From the NCBI GenBank assembly GCA_963717525.1, contig OY970343.1:288001-352000 (forward strand): a stretch of 64,000 nt of DNA, in the 5' to 3' direction. The position numbers and the translations under genes are program-made. Origin of the DNA: an uncultured Methanoregulaceae archaeon (GTDB lineage Archaea > Halobacteriota > Methanomicrobia > Methanomicrobiales > Methanospirillaceae). Below are positions 41,585 to 53,298 of the stretch, in pieces (positions within the stretch are counted from its first letter, which is position 1; each line of letters opens with the position of its first letter). Under the pieces are notes generated by a model. The model was given only the letters and a program-made list of their open reading frames with translations, did no database searches and was not told the DNA's origin.

Positions 41585-41857
41585 TTATCCCACCAGCGGC
41601 CGGAGCAGGTTTTCGAGCGTGGCGGCATCGGTGACGCCTTCCATGGTCTGGACGACCTTCCCGTCCTTTTCGATAATAAGGGTCGGGACTACGCGGATCC
41701 CGTATTTTTCCGCAAGATCCATGTGCTCGTCGACGTCTACTTTTTTTATCTCAATGGCGTCGCCCAGTTTCTTTGCCAGCTCTTCGATGATCGGCGTCTG
41801 CATACGGCAGGGACCGCACCATGTGGCAAAAAAGTCGTACAGAACGGGTTTTGTCAT
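41585..41857 (-). CDS. trxA: Thioredoxin
   Basis: DFFATWCGPC, VPT. Confidence 0.93.
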   Translation of the reverse strand: MTKPVLYDFFATWCGPCRMQTPIIEELAKKLGDAIEIKKVDVDEHMDLAEKYGIRVVPTLIIEKDGKVVQTMEGVTDAATLENLLRPLVG

Positions 41858-41912
41858 AGAATCATACCCGGTAGAGTAGTCGGTCAAAAAAAAAGATAAA
41901 TCTATGGTATTG

Positions 41913-43373
41913 TTATTCGGAGAGGATATCCATGATGATCCTGCCGTAGGCCGGCCGGGTCACCAGCACACCAATGATGACACCCATCATGGTGATGATG
42001 GCAAATCCCTTGAGGGTGGAAAGATCCATGAGCGCGAGCGGAAGCATCGCAATCAGCACGGTTGCTGCCGCGATCACGATGATGGTGAGCGCACGGGCAA
42101 GCCTCTTTAAGTAAATATTCGGCGAGGGTACGAGCCCTTCATGCAGGATTTCATCGGTGATCACGACCAGCTGGTCGATACCTGTCCCAAGTACGGCAAT
42201 AAGCCCGGCAACGGTCGGGAGATCCATCTGGAACTGGATGACACTGATGAACCCGAGCAGGATCACGATCTCGGATGCGTTGATCAGCACCATGGGGAGC
42301 ACGATCCTCGGCTCGCGGTAGCGGTAGAAGATCACAAACGCGACCATGATGAGCGCAAGGATGCCTGCGATCAGGCACATCTCCATGTAGTGCTGGCCAA
42401 GGGATGCCGATGTCGAACCCGACCCTGCAATATCCACGTCCACCGGCAGCGCACCTGCCCTGAGCTGGATCTCAAGGTTTGTTGCCTGCTGCTCACCGGA
42501 TGTCCCTGATCCGGTGGAGGCGAACAGCTGGGTTGTGGGTTCGCTCTGGAGCGATCCTGCCAGTGCCTGGGACAGCGGCGCTGAGTACACGCTCTGGTTG
42601 TCGAGCAGCATGGTGAGCTTGTGGTCGGCCGGGTCGGTGGTTGCACCGTACGTGATGGCTGCGTTCTGAAAGGTGGCAGCACCATCTGAACTCAGGGTAA
42701 ACCCGACGCCCCAGTTCCCGCTGCCGGCCGGTGACTGGCTGGGTACCGCGACGCTGGTAATCGAATCACCGTAGAGGACGTGCTCGGTCTGGTTACCGGT
42801 TGTCTGGATACGGATCTCGAATTTGCCCTGCTTTCCGACGATCTGCTGGGCTTGGTTCATGTCGACGCCGGCCATCTCCACGCGGACGTACTGGGTGACG
42901 CCGTTCAAACCCGTGATAGTATTAACTTTTGCATCCTTGGTGCCCATCGAGTTTATCTTATCTACAAGGATCTGCTTTACGAGGTCAGCCGTAGTCGCTG
43001 ATATGCCGGGCTGGTACGAGACTACCGTCCCATCTTCTGCCGCAAAGTAGGGCTGAAGCTCAGCCTGCGTGTAGGATTTCCGGATCTCGAGATGGTTGGC
43101 ATCGACCTGGACGACATCCGTATCGAGACTCTTGGAGAGGTTGGCAACAAAGGTATCGACCGGCTCTGTCGTTGTGAACCCCACCACCTCGGCCTTGAAC
43201 TCGAGCTGGATCCAGGATCCCTGCTGGAAATCGAGGCCGTACTGGAGGTTCGTCGTTAAATTGCCGTTGCTGTCGAAGTGCGGGTAGATAGCGATGACCG
43301 AAAGGACCAACAGGACGATCAGGACGAGAACCCTCCAGTCACTGAAGAGATCCTTGATCCGCTCCTGTTTCAT
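41913..43373 (-). CDS. secD: Protein translocase subunit SecD
   Basis: GLDFQQG, LRAGALP, GTGID, KGFA; multiple TM helices. Confidence 0.92.
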   Translation of the reverse strand: MKQERIKDLFSDWRVLVLIVLLVLSVIAIYPHFDSNGNLTTNLQYGLDFQQGSWIQLEFKAEVVGFTTTEPVDTFVANLSKSLDTDVVQVDANHLEIRKSYTQAELQPYFAAEDGTVVSYQPGISATTADLVKQILVDKINSMGTKDAKVNTITGLNGVTQYVRVEMAGVDMNQAQQIVGKQGKFEIRIQTTGNQTEHVLYGDSITSVAVPSQSPAGSGNWGVGFTLSSDGAATFQNAAITYGATTDPADHKLTMLLDNQSVYSAPLSQALAGSLQSEPTTQLFASTGSGTSGEQQATNLEIQLRAGALPVDVDIAGSGSTSASLGQHYMEMCLIAGILALIMVAFVIFYRYREPRIVLPMVLINASEIVILLGFISVIQFQMDLPTVAGLIAVLGTGIDQLVVITDEILHEGLVPSPNIYLKRLARALTIIVIAAATVLIAMLPLALMDLSTLKGFAIITMMGVIIGVLVTRPAYGRIIMDILSE

Positions 43374-44224
43374 TTCCCGCCTCCCTTGAGGACGTACCAT
43401 TTCAGGATGCCGACATTCGTGAGCCAGGTGTTGAGGATATCAAAGATAAGGCCCATCAGAAGGACCGCGGAGATCTCTTCAACTACCACGACCTGTCCGG
43501 CCCAGGATACGATGAGCAGTACGGTGACCGCAGCAATGGTTGTCGAGGTCATGATGATACCGGTACGGAAAGCCCCCGTCAGCTTATCGTTGAGTTTTCC
43601 CTGCCGTTTGAGCACCCGTGTGGTAAGCAGGATGTCGCTGTCCACGGAATAACCGATAAGCATGAGCAGTGCCGCGGTAGTGCCGAGCGAAAGCTGGATG
43701 CCAACGACGTTCATCATGGCAGCGGTCATGGCCATGTCAGCAAAGGCCGAGAGGACGACCGCACAGGACGGGACGAAGGTCCTAAACGAAACAAAGACCA
43801 CGATTGCCATGCCGATAAAGGCTATGATGATGGCGATAAAGGCCTGGTCCTGCAAGGTTTTCCCGAAGGATTCACCGATCTGGTCGATCTGGGCATCAGG
43901 GTATTTGCTTGCGACCAGTGCAGTCAGGCTCTGGTACTGCGCGTCGCTCATCGTCCCAAACGTGATGAACTTCCCGTTGTTCAACCCCGCACTGACGCTC
44001 ACGAGCGGATAGCCGGCAAATTCCGACTGGATCTGGGCGGCAGTATCAGAAGTGATCACCGTTACGGCTGTCCCCCCGGAGAAATCGATCCCCGGTGTGA
44101 CCGGCATCCCCACCGTAACCGTAACATATGCAAGCACCACCAGCGATATGGCCAGCAGCACCATCGGGATTATCACCAGTTGTTTTGGTGAATATTTTTC
44201 GATGTTGTAATGGAATAATCCCAT
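43370..44224 (-). CDS. secF: Protein translocase subunit SecF
   Basis: GIDFSGG, IGYSVDSDILL. Confidence 0.92.
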   Translation of the reverse strand: MGLFHYNIEKYSPKQLVIIPMVLLAISLVVLAYVTVTVGMPVTPGIDFSGGTAVTVITSDTAAQIQSEFAGYPLVSVSAGLNNGKFITFGTMSDAQYQSLTALVASKYPDAQIDQIGESFGKTLQDQAFIAIIIAFIGMAIVVFVSFRTFVPSCAVVLSAFADMAMTAAMMNVVGIQLSLGTTAALLMLIGYSVDSDILLTTRVLKRQGKLNDKLTGAFRTGIIMTSTTIAAVTVLLIVSWAGQVVVVEEISAVLLMGLIFDILNTWLTNVGILKWYVLKGGGK

Positions 44225-44430
44225 GGTATAATCATCTGTTCATGAACGATTAAATAATTACCAGATGGCAGGTGACGCTTCCACTCCCGTTTATCCTGGC
44301 ACAGCTCTGTTACCAGAACTCATTTCGCAGAATATCTCTGTACCCGACCGGAATGGCGGGATTTCCGAACAGGCTTTTTAAAACGGAAAAAAGCAAAAAT
44401 TATATATGGAAAAAGCCGTGACACTAACGC

Positions 44431-44739
44431 ATGAGATCTCAGTTTGAGGTCGAACGAATGATTGAGGGGCGGCTTAAGTCGTATCTCTCCCGGGATAAAA
44501 CCGGCATCCGTCGCGAAGTGCTCCGGATCCTTTTGCGGATCCGGCAGACAACCATTGCAGATATTCTTGCAGGTCTCCGGGAACAGTTCACGGTTTCATT
44601 CCACGCGATCGCATCGATGGTCGGCATCATCGCCTCCCGGATCGGCATCCTGAAAGTCAGCAGGAATACCGGGGGAGTTACGACCTATGAACTCAGGGAG
44701 AAGTATGCATCCATGGTTGTGCGGCTCGTAGGCGCATGA
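44431..44739 (+). CDS. DUF2551-like winged-helix protein
   Basis: YLSRDKTGIRR, ASMVGIIASRIGIL. Confidence 0.7.
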   Translation: MRSQFEVERMIEGRLKSYLSRDKTGIRREVLRILLRIRQTTIADILAGLREQFTVSFHAIASMVGIIASRIGILKVSRNTGGVTTYELREKYASMVVRLVGA

Positions 44740-44799
44740 GCATTTCCCTCACATTAACCATAACCGTTTTTACCAACCCTTCACAATATTACCGGCATA

Positions 44800-45087
44800 A
44801 TGCCCGGTCATCCTTCTGATCCTTCCGGCGTTTCCCGGATCGCTATTGCACCCGATGTCATAACCTATATCGAAAAGAGGAACTGCGATTTCCGCATCTG
44901 TACATCCTGCGGAGGGCCGATCCTTCTTCCCGTGAATATAAAGCCCCCCAAAAAAAGCGATGTCCTTCTCCAGGCAGCGCGCCATACCATCTATATCTCC
45001 ATCCACCAGGTGAGGTTCCTCGATGAAATCCGGGCCGATATGATCCCGTTCTTTGAAGATGGGTCGGAAGGGCTTGCAGAACGATGA
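44800..45087 (+). CDS. Hypothetical protein with CxxCGG motif
   Basis: DFRICTSCGGPILLP...KPPK.SD. Confidence 0.6.
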   Translation: MPGHPSDPSGVSRIAIAPDVITYIEKRNCDFRICTSCGGPILLPVNIKPPKKSDVLLQAARHTIYISIHQVRFLDEIRADMIPFFEDGSEGLAER

Positions 45088-45491
45088 GTTACGAAGAGCT
45101 CTCCCATACTGCAGATGTGAATATACGGGCCCGTGCCCCCACCCTGGATGCACTTTTCGGGGAAGCTTTCCAGGCGCTGATGCAGGTGATGTACGGGGAA
45201 GACCGAGGTGGCGGGACATCAAGGACGCTTGATATCAGTGCGCCGGATCTGGAATCGCTTATATGCGAGTTCCTCTCGGAAGCGCTCTATGTCTCTGAAG
45301 TAGAGGGGCTGGTCTTCCGGCAGGCTGACGTGCATATCGACGGCATGCAGATCCACGCTATCCTTGACGGAGAACCGTTCGATCCGGCCCGGCATAATAA
45401 AGGAACGGAAGTAAAAGGTATCTCATATTCGGGCATGTCCATCCAGAGAGACGCCAAAGGATATATGCTGGATATCTTATTTGATGTATAG
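45084..45491 (+). CDS. Archease
   Basis: HTADV, EVKGISY, FDV C-terminus; adjacent to rtcB. Confidence 0.92.
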   Translation: MSYEELSHTADVNIRARAPTLDALFGEAFQALMQVMYGEDRGGGTSRTLDISAPDLESLICEFLSEALYVSEVEGLVFRQADVHIDGMQIHAILDGEPFDPARHNKGTEVKGISYSGMSIQRDAKGYMLDILFDV

Positions 45492-45504
45492 CGGAGAAAC
45501 GAGA

Positions 45505-46936
45505 ATGCCAGAAGGTGTGATACGGGCCGGTCCTGACGAATGGGAGATACCGGTCGGCTATGTGCCCGGTATGCGGGTACCGGGAAGGTTTTTCCTTTCC
45601 GATGCACTCGCGGCAATCCTCGAGCCGGGTGCCGTGCAGCAGCTGGCAAACGTCGCCACTCTTCCCGGTATCGTCCGGTATTCACTGGGCATGCCGGACC
45701 TCCACTGGGGCTACGGGTTTCCTATCGGTGGCGTCGCTGCGTTCTCCCTTGACGAGGGTGTCATCTCCCCCGGTGGAGTTGGCTTTGACATAAACTGCGG
45801 GGTCAGGCTCTTTATGACGCCACTTGTGCGATCGGATATCAAAAAGCCCCGCGAGCTTTTTGAATCCCTGTACCATGCCGTGCCGACCGGTGTCGGGGCA
45901 AAGAGTTCCGCAAAACTTACCCCGGCTGCGCTCTCGGCCATAATGGAGAAGGGGGCGCGCTGGGCGGTGGACGCCGGCTATGGTCTCGAGCGTGACCTTG
46001 TCCGGTGCGAGGAGGGTGGTGTCATGAAACAGGCCGACATCCGTGCGGTCTCGGCAAAGGCCCGGGTCCGGGGGATCCCTCAGGGAGGGACGCTCGGGTC
46101 GGGTAACCATTTTCTCGAACTCCAGGAAGTCAGTGAGATCTACGATGAAGCTGCGGCCGCAGCATTTGGTCTCGTGAAGGGCCGGGTCTGCTGCATGATC
46201 CACTGCGGCTCACGGGGGCTAGGCCACCAGGTCTGCACCGATCATCTCAAGGTCATCGAGGAAGCAACAAAAAAGTACCATATCCCGCTTCCGGACCGCC
46301 AGCTTGCCTGCGCCCGGCCGGATCACCGGAGGGTACTGCCTATTTCGGCGCGATGGCAGCAGCGGCGAATTATGCATGGGCCAACCGCCAGATGATCCTG
46401 CATGCGGCGCGCCGGGAATTTGTCCGGATGTTTGGCATTGAATACGAGAGCATGCCGCTTGTCTATGATGTCGCCCACAACGTAGCGAAGATCGAAGAGC
46501 ATACGGTTGAAGGCCACAGGGCCCGGCTCCTCGTGCACCGCAAGGGTGCCACACGATCATTCGGGCCCGGCGCCCGGACCTTCCGGGTGACCTTGCTGTG
46601 ATCGGCCAGCCGGTGATCATCCCCGGCAGCATGGGGACGTCTTCATACGTCCTCAAAGGGACCGCAACGGCGATGGAGCGCACGTTTGGCAGCACCTGTC
46701 ACGGATCGGGCCGGGTCATGAGCCGGTCGCAGGCAAAAAAGAAGCTGACCGGAAAAGAGGTGTCAGATCGTCTTCTCAGCCAAGGCATCATCGTCCGGGC
46801 GCCCAATGAAGCGGCGATAGCCGATGAAGCGCCGGAGGTGTACAAGCCCAGCAGCGAGGTGGTACAGGTAGTCCACGATGCCGGCCTCTCCACCCTCGTC
46901 GCCCGGCTCTCCCCGATAGGAGTGATCAAGGGGTGA
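45505..46936 (+). CDS. rtcB: RNA-splicing ligase RtcB (two frameshifts)
   Basis: [48 protein letters not shown]. Confidence 0.93.
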
Positions 46937-47508
46937 GCTGCCGGGCGGGATTTGTCTGGGAGACACCCCAGCATTTTGTCCGCTACATCGAGGACTGCGG
47001 TATTCCCTGCGAGCTCGTCACCCCGTACATGCTCGCCGCCCCGTTCTTCCGCGGCTCATTCTCCTGCCTTATCATTCCCACCGGTTTTGCAAACCCGGCC
47101 TATTGCCGGCTGCTTCCGGCCCTCCGGGCATCGTCCGACCGCATACAAAAATTCGTGGAGAATGGCGGGAACCTCCTTGTCTTCGGGGCTGCCATCGATC
47201 GGCCGGATGTGTATGACTGGCTGCCATTTCCGGTTACTTACCGGCACGAGGTTTTTCCCCGGGAAATTACGTGCGGGGCATATGAGCTCGGTGCGGCGCT
47301 CATAGTGGATTATGATCCCACCTGCATCGAATGCGACGGCTCGTTTCCGTCTCATGGAGGGACTACGGCCGGGTCCTGTGGGGATTCGCCGGTGATTATC
47401 GAGAAAACCGTGGGGAAGGGAAATGTGATCGTGACCAGCGTCCACGAGTATCCCTCCCGTGCGTTTGTCAAAAAATTCTGCTGTCCGGGCACGCAAACCT
47501 TATTCTAG
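46933..47508 (+). CDS. Hypothetical protein (class I glutamine-amidotransferase-like fold possible)
   Basis: LIIPTGF, FVENGGNLLVFG, GKGNVIVTSVHE. Confidence 0.6.
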   Translation: MSCRAGFVWETPQHFVRYIEDCGIPCELVTPYMLAAPFFRGSFSCLIIPTGFANPAYCRLLPALRASSDRIQKFVENGGNLLVFGAAIDRPDVYDWLPFPVTYRHEVFPREITCGAYELGAALIVDYDPTCIECDGSFPSHGGTTAGSCGDSPVIIEKTVGKGNVIVTSVHEYPSRAFVKKFCCPGTQTLF

Positions 47509-47543
47509 CAGGAATAATACCAGATTGATAAGAGGTATGTCCG

Positions 47544-47966
47544 ATGGACCGTTACACATTTTGCGAAACTGCGGAGGCAGCAGATCTTGAACCGGTGGTT
47601 CTTGCCATCCATGAGATCATCCACCGCCTGCCGGTGACGGCGAAATCGTTGCAGAAGCCCGGTATCCGGATCGAGGATGGCCGGGTGATCGACCGCAATT
47701 ATACGGGACCGGTGCTCGAACAGGCCATCGCGTCGAACAAGGTGATCAAGACTACGCCGGAGAAGGGTGCGTATAAAGGAGTGCCGGTAACGGTCGCCCC
47801 TATCCGGGACCACGAGGGGAAGGTGATCGGCGCCCTCGGCGTTGTCGATGTCACCGGTATCTTCGATCTCGCCACGCTGATGGAGCACCAGTCCGCGATC
47901 CTCAAGCAGGTCTGCGGAAAGGACCCCTGCCCGCTGCCGGAAGAGGCCAGCAATTCCAGGAGGTGA
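47544..47966 (+). CDS. DUF2111-like methanogen protein
   Basis: LPVT..S...GIRIEDG, YTGPVLE, YKGVPV.VAP, ALGVVD. Confidence 0.7.
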   Translation: MDRYTFCETAEAADLEPVVLAIHEIIHRLPVTAKSLQKPGIRIEDGRVIDRNYTGPVLEQAIASNKVIKTTPEKGAYKGVPVTVAPIRDHEGKVIGALGVVDVTGIFDLATLMEHQSAILKQVCGKDPCPLPEEASNSRR

Positions 47967-48952
47967 TCCTCACGCCCGATTCTGCATTCAAGGTCATGGC
48001 GGTCCTCGAGAAAGCAGATGGCCCGATATCGGGAGAAGCCATCAGCAACGAGCTGGGGATCACCCGTTCTGCCGTCTGGAAGCATATCAACGAGCTGCGC
48101 ATGATGGGATACGATATCTCGTCGTCACAGAAAGAAGGGTACCGGCTTACGCGCATGAGCAACAAGCTGCTCCCATACGAGATCCACAAGAAACTCCATA
48201 CTAAGTTTATCGGTAAGAAGATGCGGTACCTGGAGAATACCCCATCGACCATCTGGGCGGGAAAACAGCTCTGCGCTGAGGGCGATGTGGAGAAGATGCA
48301 CGGAATGGTGATCATCGCCGAGGAGCAGACCGGGGGCATCGGCCGGATGGGAAGGGCGTGGGTCTCGCCCAGCGGTGGGATCTGGATTACGATCGTGTTA
48401 AAGCCCCACATCCCGATCGATCACGTTTTCATGATCACGATGGCCGGTTCGGTTGCCGTGGCACGGGCGATCCGGAAGGAGTTCTCCCTCGGTGCCCTGA
48501 TCAAGTGGCCGAACGATATCTTCATAGGGAACAAGAAAGTTGCCGGGCTGCTCCTCGAGCTCGCGGCGGAAGCCGATATCGTGCACTACTGTCTGCTCGG
48601 GATGGGTATCGATGCAAACGTCCCGCTCAGCCAGTTCTCCCCAGAACTGCAGAACAATATTACTTCTCTCTCCGCAGAGCTTGGCCACGAGGTGGACCGG
48701 GCGTCGTTTCTGGCACGGATTTTAAAAGAATTCGAGAGCCAGTACCTCCTTGTCGAGAGCGGGGAATACGATACCATTATCCGGGAATGGAAAAGCGCTT
48801 CCTGCACGCTCGAACACCGGGTGGATATCCGGACCCTCAAGAACAGTTTCTCCGGTGAGGCCGTGGACATCGACGAGTTCGGTGCGCTCATCATCAGAAA
48901 GGACAACGGCAAGCTCGAGCGCGTGATCGCCGGCGACTGTTTCCACCAGTAA
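47963..48952 (+). CDS. birA: Biotin--protein ligase with N-terminal HTH
   Basis: SGEAIS..LGITRSAVWKHI, QTGGIGRMGRAW, KWPND, KVAG. Confidence 0.93.
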   Translation: MILTPDSAFKVMAVLEKADGPISGEAISNELGITRSAVWKHINELRMMGYDISSSQKEGYRLTRMSNKLLPYEIHKKLHTKFIGKKMRYLENTPSTIWAGKQLCAEGDVEKMHGMVIIAEEQTGGIGRMGRAWVSPSGGIWITIVLKPHIPIDHVFMITMAGSVAVARAIRKEFSLGALIKWPNDIFIGNKKVAGLLLELAAEADIVHYCLLGMGIDANVPLSQFSPELQNNITSLSAELGHEVDRASFLARILKEFESQYLLVESGEYDTIIREWKSASCTLEHRVDIRTLKNSFSGEAVDIDEFGALIIRKDNGKLERVIAGDCFHQ

Positions 48953-48991
48953 GCGCTGCTTTTTTATCGTCAACCACCATTTTTTTAATGG

Positions 48992-49507
48992 TTGACGATG
49001 TTTGGCGATCTCCGGCGCTCACGCCGTGTTGCATATACTGCGGCGTTTATCGGCCTTATCACTCTGGGAGGGTGGATCTCCGTCCCGTTTGTTCCGGTGC
49101 CGCTCACCCTCCAGACATTTTTTGTGCTGCTCGCGGCTGCAGTAATGAAGCGTGAGGCCGTTATCCCGGTCGCACTCTATGTGCTTCTTGGCACACTCGG
49201 GCTGCCTGTCTTCCACAATGGTGTCGCCGGATTTGGCGTCCTGCTCGGATCCACCGGGGGATATCTCGCCGGGTTTATCCCGGCGGCCCTCATCGCCGGA
49301 ATTGCATATGAGTCAGGTGCATCAGCGCTCCATATCGCGGGTCTTGCCGGTGCTGCCTTACTCATCCTTCTCTGCGGCGTGGCATGGTTGATCGGTTCTA
49401 CTGGAATGGCGCCGGCCGCCGCGTTCATCCTCGGGATGGCGGTCTTTCTTCCCGGTGAGGCGGCCAAGGCCGGCGCTGTGTACATGATCGAGCGGCAACT
49501 GCCATGA
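48992..49507 (+). CDS. bioY: Biotin ECF transporter S component
   Basis: VPLTLQT, GLPVF, TGGYL.GF. Confidence 0.92.
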   Translation: MTMFGDLRRSRRVAYTAAFIGLITLGGWISVPFVPVPLTLQTFFVLLAAAVMKREAVIPVALYVLLGTLGLPVFHNGVAGFGVLLGSTGGYLAGFIPAALIAGIAYESGASALHIAGLAGAALLILLCGVAWLIGSTGMAPAAAFILGMAVFLPGEAAKAGAVYMIERQLP

Positions 49508-50175
49508 TCACCATCGATGCACTCCGGTACCGGCACCTCGCCATCGATACCCTCACCATACCTCCGGGGATCACCTCCGTAATCGGCCCAAACGGGAGCG
49601 GCAAGAGTACTTTTCTGAAGCTCTGCGCAGGTATCGCAGAACCGGAGGGCGGCACCGTGTTCGTGGACGATCAGACCCCCCGGCAGACCGGCATCGGGTA
49701 CGTGAACGAGTTCCCGGACCGGAACATCCTTTTTTCGACCGTAAAGGACGAACTCGCCTCACCGTTGCGCTTCCGGTTTACTCCCTGCACAGAGACCGAC
49801 CGTTCAGTCCGTAACTGTGCGGAGACGCTGGGGATTGGTTACCTGCTGGACCGGCGGATGCAGGACATGAGCGGGGGAGAGAAGGTGCTTGTCGCATTTG
49901 CCGCTGCATGTATTGGCCGGCCCCGTGTACTTGTGCTCGATGAATGTGATTCGCACCTTGATGCAGATCGGTGCGCGTGGCTGGAGGGGGCGCTCAGGGC
50001 ATCGGGCGCCATGTACGTGATCCGGTGCACGCAGCAGATGGAGACCGCGGCGACAAGTGACCTGCTGCTCTATCTCGAAAAAGGCCAGGTGCTGCACGCA
50101 GGGTCGCCGGCCGGGGTCTTTTCCCGGCTATCTGATACGTCCTTTTATCCGCTCTCGTGGAGGTGCCGGGCATGA
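49504..50175 (+). CDS. ECF transporter ATPase
   Basis: GPNGSGKST, MSGGEK, VLDE. Confidence 0.85.
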   Translation: MITIDALRYRHLAIDTLTIPPGITSVIGPNGSGKSTFLKLCAGIAEPEGGTVFVDDQTPRQTGIGYVNEFPDRNILFSTVKDELASPLRFRFTPCTETDRSVRNCAETLGIGYLLDRRMQDMSGGEKVLVAFAAACIGRPRVLVLDECDSHLDADRCAWLEGALRASGAMYVIRCTQQMETAATSDLLLYLEKGQVLHAGSPAGVFSRLSDTSFYPLSWRCRA

Positions 50176-50870
50176 GGGTTCTCTTCGATCACGGTACTGC
50201 ATCCCGACAGTCATGGTCTCTTGAGGCGGACGGAATTTTCACCCCGGGCATTCACCTTGTGAGCGGCGATGTCGGAAGCGGGAAGTCTACGCTTGCCCTT
50301 ATGATGGCCGGCCTGCACACGCCGGGGAGTGGCAGGGTAATCCGGGAGGAGATCCACAGCACGATGCTCTCCTTCCAGTTCCCCGAATTTCATGTCACTG
50401 GGCTCTCGGTGTCCGAGGAATGCACATCGTGGGGCCTTGAACCGGTGACCGCAATCCGGCAGGCAGGGATCGATGTACTGCCGGAGGCGCCGGCCCTGTC
50501 GCTCTCCCGGGGGGAGCTCAAGCGCCTGCACCTTGCTTGCGTCTTCTCCCGCAACTATGACCTGCTGCTGCTCGATGAACCGTTCTCATCGCTGGACTGC
50601 CCGGGCAAGGAACAGGTCTGCCGGCAGATCAGCGAGAGGTCCGGGGGCATCACCGTGATCTTCACCCACGAACAGAGTATTTTTCCCGCAATCGATCACA
50701 TCTGGGAGATTTCCAGCGGAAGACTGGTTGACTGCGGCACAGTGCCAGACGCGCTCATGCAATGGCAGCATGCGCCTCTGCTGGTCAAACGGTTGGTAAC
50801 GGCTGGCAGGATTCCACGATCTATAACGCCGGAAGGGCTCCGGGAGGCAGCATGCAGGACCCGAGGATAA
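50172..50870 (+). CDS. ECF transporter ATPase
   Basis: GDVGSGKST, LSRGELKR, LLDEP. Confidence 0.85.
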   Translation: MRVLFDHGTASRQSWSLEADGIFTPGIHLVSGDVGSGKSTLALMMAGLHTPGSGRVIREEIHSTMLSFQFPEFHVTGLSVSEECTSWGLEPVTAIRQAGIDVLPEAPALSLSRGELKRLHLACVFSRNYDLLLLDEPFSSLDCPGKEQVCRQISERSGGITVIFTHEQSIFPAIDHIWEISSGRLVDCGTVPDALMQWQHAPLLVKRLVTAGRIPRSITPEGLREAACRTRG

Positions 50871-51480
50871 GGCTTGCCTGTGCATTCCTGCTTTCGATTG
50901 CGGCCTTCATCAGTATTGCCGGGGCAATCGCAGCCTTTCTCTGGTGGCTGGTTTTTACTTCAAGGTGGAAGAGCATCCGGCACTTCAGGGCGATGCTTGC
51001 GACGCTTCTTTTGTTTGTACTCGTCGCGGCAGTCATGGTCTTTACCGGGACAAACGGCCTTTCGTATCTCACCCGGATGACCGCGATCCTCCTTGTTGGT
51101 ACCTGGGTGTATGCGGATTCCCGCCCGGGGACTTCCTCGCCACAGGAACCTGGCTGTGCGGAACGCGGATGGGGTTCGAACTGGGGATGATCGCCGAGAT
51201 GGCCATGGGGGTGGCACAGGGACTCACCGATGATTTTTCCCGGATCCGGATCGCGATGGCGCAGAAAGAGCAGCCATGGGGAATCCGCAGGATCCTGCCC
51301 GCAGGCCGTATTCTCATCTGGGATGCGCTGCGACGTGCGGATGATACCGCCGAGCTCCTTGCCATGCGGGGCTATCGCGGTGGGGGGACGATCTGCACGC
51401 GGTTCTCCCCGCAGGCTCCCGAGATCGTGGCCGGTGCCTGTGCCACGGCCGCGCTCGTTTTTGCGTGTTTCCTCCGTTAG
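50852..51480 (+). CDS. ECF transporter T component (frameshift near 51130)
   Basis: MQDPRIRL, TM helices, RRA...LAMRGY. Confidence 0.75.
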
Positions 51481-51550
51481 TGAATTTTTTATACTTACCC
51501 GGTGAAGTTTTGAGAGGCTAATTATATAACCGGAGCCCCTGAGGTTTCCC

Positions 51551-53298
51551 ATGTGTGCCGCCGTTTCCAGCAAAGTTCTCATCACCGATACCACCCTTCG
51601 TGACGCCCACCAGTCACTCATTGCCACCCGGCTCCGCACCGAAGACATGATCCCGCTTGCACGCGAGATTGACGCGTGCGGTTTTTTTTCGCTGAGGCAT
51701 GGGGCGGGGCCACATTCGATACCTGCATACGGTTCCTCAATGATGATCCCTGGGACCGGCTCCGGGCGCTCAAGACAGAGCTGAAACACACGCCGATCCA
51801 GATGCTGCTCCGCGGCCAGAACCTGGTCGGGTACCGCCACTATTCTGATGATGTGGTCGATCGTTTTGTCGATGCCTCCTACAAGAACGGCGTGGACATC
51901 TTCCGTGTCTTTGATGCGCTCAACGATATCCGGAACATGAAACGCTCGATGGAGCAGGTAAAAAAGGCCGGGGCGCACCTCCAGGGCACTATTTCCTATA
52001 CCACGAGCCCGGTCCACAGCACGAAGATGTTTATCGAGATGGCAAAAGAGCTGGCTGCGCTCGACTGCGACTCCATCTGCATCAAGGATATGGCAGGGCT
52101 CATCATGCCCGAGGCTGCACGGGAACTGATCGGCGGGATCAAAAAGGCGGTCGATATCCGGGTCTGTCTCCATTCCCATTCCACGAGCGGGATTGCGCCT
52201 ATGAGTTACCAGGCGGCGATCGAGGCCGGCGTGGATATCCTCGATACTGCCATGTCGCCGTTTGCGATGGGGACATCGCAGCCACCGACCGAGAGCGTGG
52301 TTGCCTCCCTTGCCGGGACGCCCCGGGATACCGGGATCGACCTGCTCAAACTCCGGACCGTCAGGAATACCTGCATGCAGATCCGCGAGAAGTACGCGGG
52401 GCTCGTGAGCCCGATCTCGGAGAGGGTGGACAGCAACGTGCTCATCTACCAGCTGCCCGGCGGCATGATCAGCAACCTTGTTTCGCAGCTGGTGGAGCAG
52501 GACGCACTCAACCGGCTTGACGAGGTGTTCGCCGAGATCCCCCGGGTGAGAAAAGACCTCGGTTACCCGCCGCTTGTGACGCCCACGAGCCAGATCGTGG
52601 GGACGCAGGCGGTCCTGAATGTTCTCGTGAACGGCAAGCGGTACGCGAACGTGACCAAAGAGGTTAAGGATTACGTGCGGGGGCTGTATGGCCGCTCGCC
52701 GGCGCCGGTCAGTGCCGAGATCCGTCACCAGATTATCGGTGACGAGATCCCGATCGACTGCCGGCCTGCCGATATGCTTGAACCCTCCTACGAGCGCATG
52801 AAGGCAGAGGCGGAAAAAGCGGGCCTCGTAAAAAAAGAGGAAGATGTCCTCACCTATATTATGTACCCGGCCATCGCACCGGCGTTTTTGAAGGGCGAGC
52901 GCCAGCCCGAGCCGATCCCGGGAAAACAGCCGACCGCACAGCCCGCTGCCGCAGCCGGGGGCATACCGGACCAGATGGAGGTTGAAGTGGACGGCGAGGT
53001 CTTCTCCGTGCGCATCGTGTCGGTCGGCGGGAACCAGGTACAGGTGGCCCAGGCGACACCCCAGAAAGCGCCGCGGGGCGAGATCGCCGGCGGGATCCGG
53101 AGCAATATGCAGGGCATGGTGCTCCAGGTCATGGTTAATCGGGGGGCGACCGTGAAGAAAGGTGATACCCTCATCGTCCTTGAGGCGATGAAGATGGAGA
53201 ACCCCATCCACAGCCCGGTGGACGGCAAGGTCACCGAGATTTTTGTTGATACCGGCGATGTCGTCCAGAATGGCGATGTCCTGCTGGTGGTGCAATGA
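51551..53298 (+). CDS. pycB: Pyruvate carboxylase subunit B (frameshift near 51690)
   Basis: [34 protein letters not shown], biotinyl motif EAMKME. Confidence 0.93.

Noticed and set aside
50821..53295. 824-aa reverse-strand ORF and many other long antisense ORFs
   Set aside because: These are shadow frames of GC-rich genes such as pycB, with no recognisable motifs.
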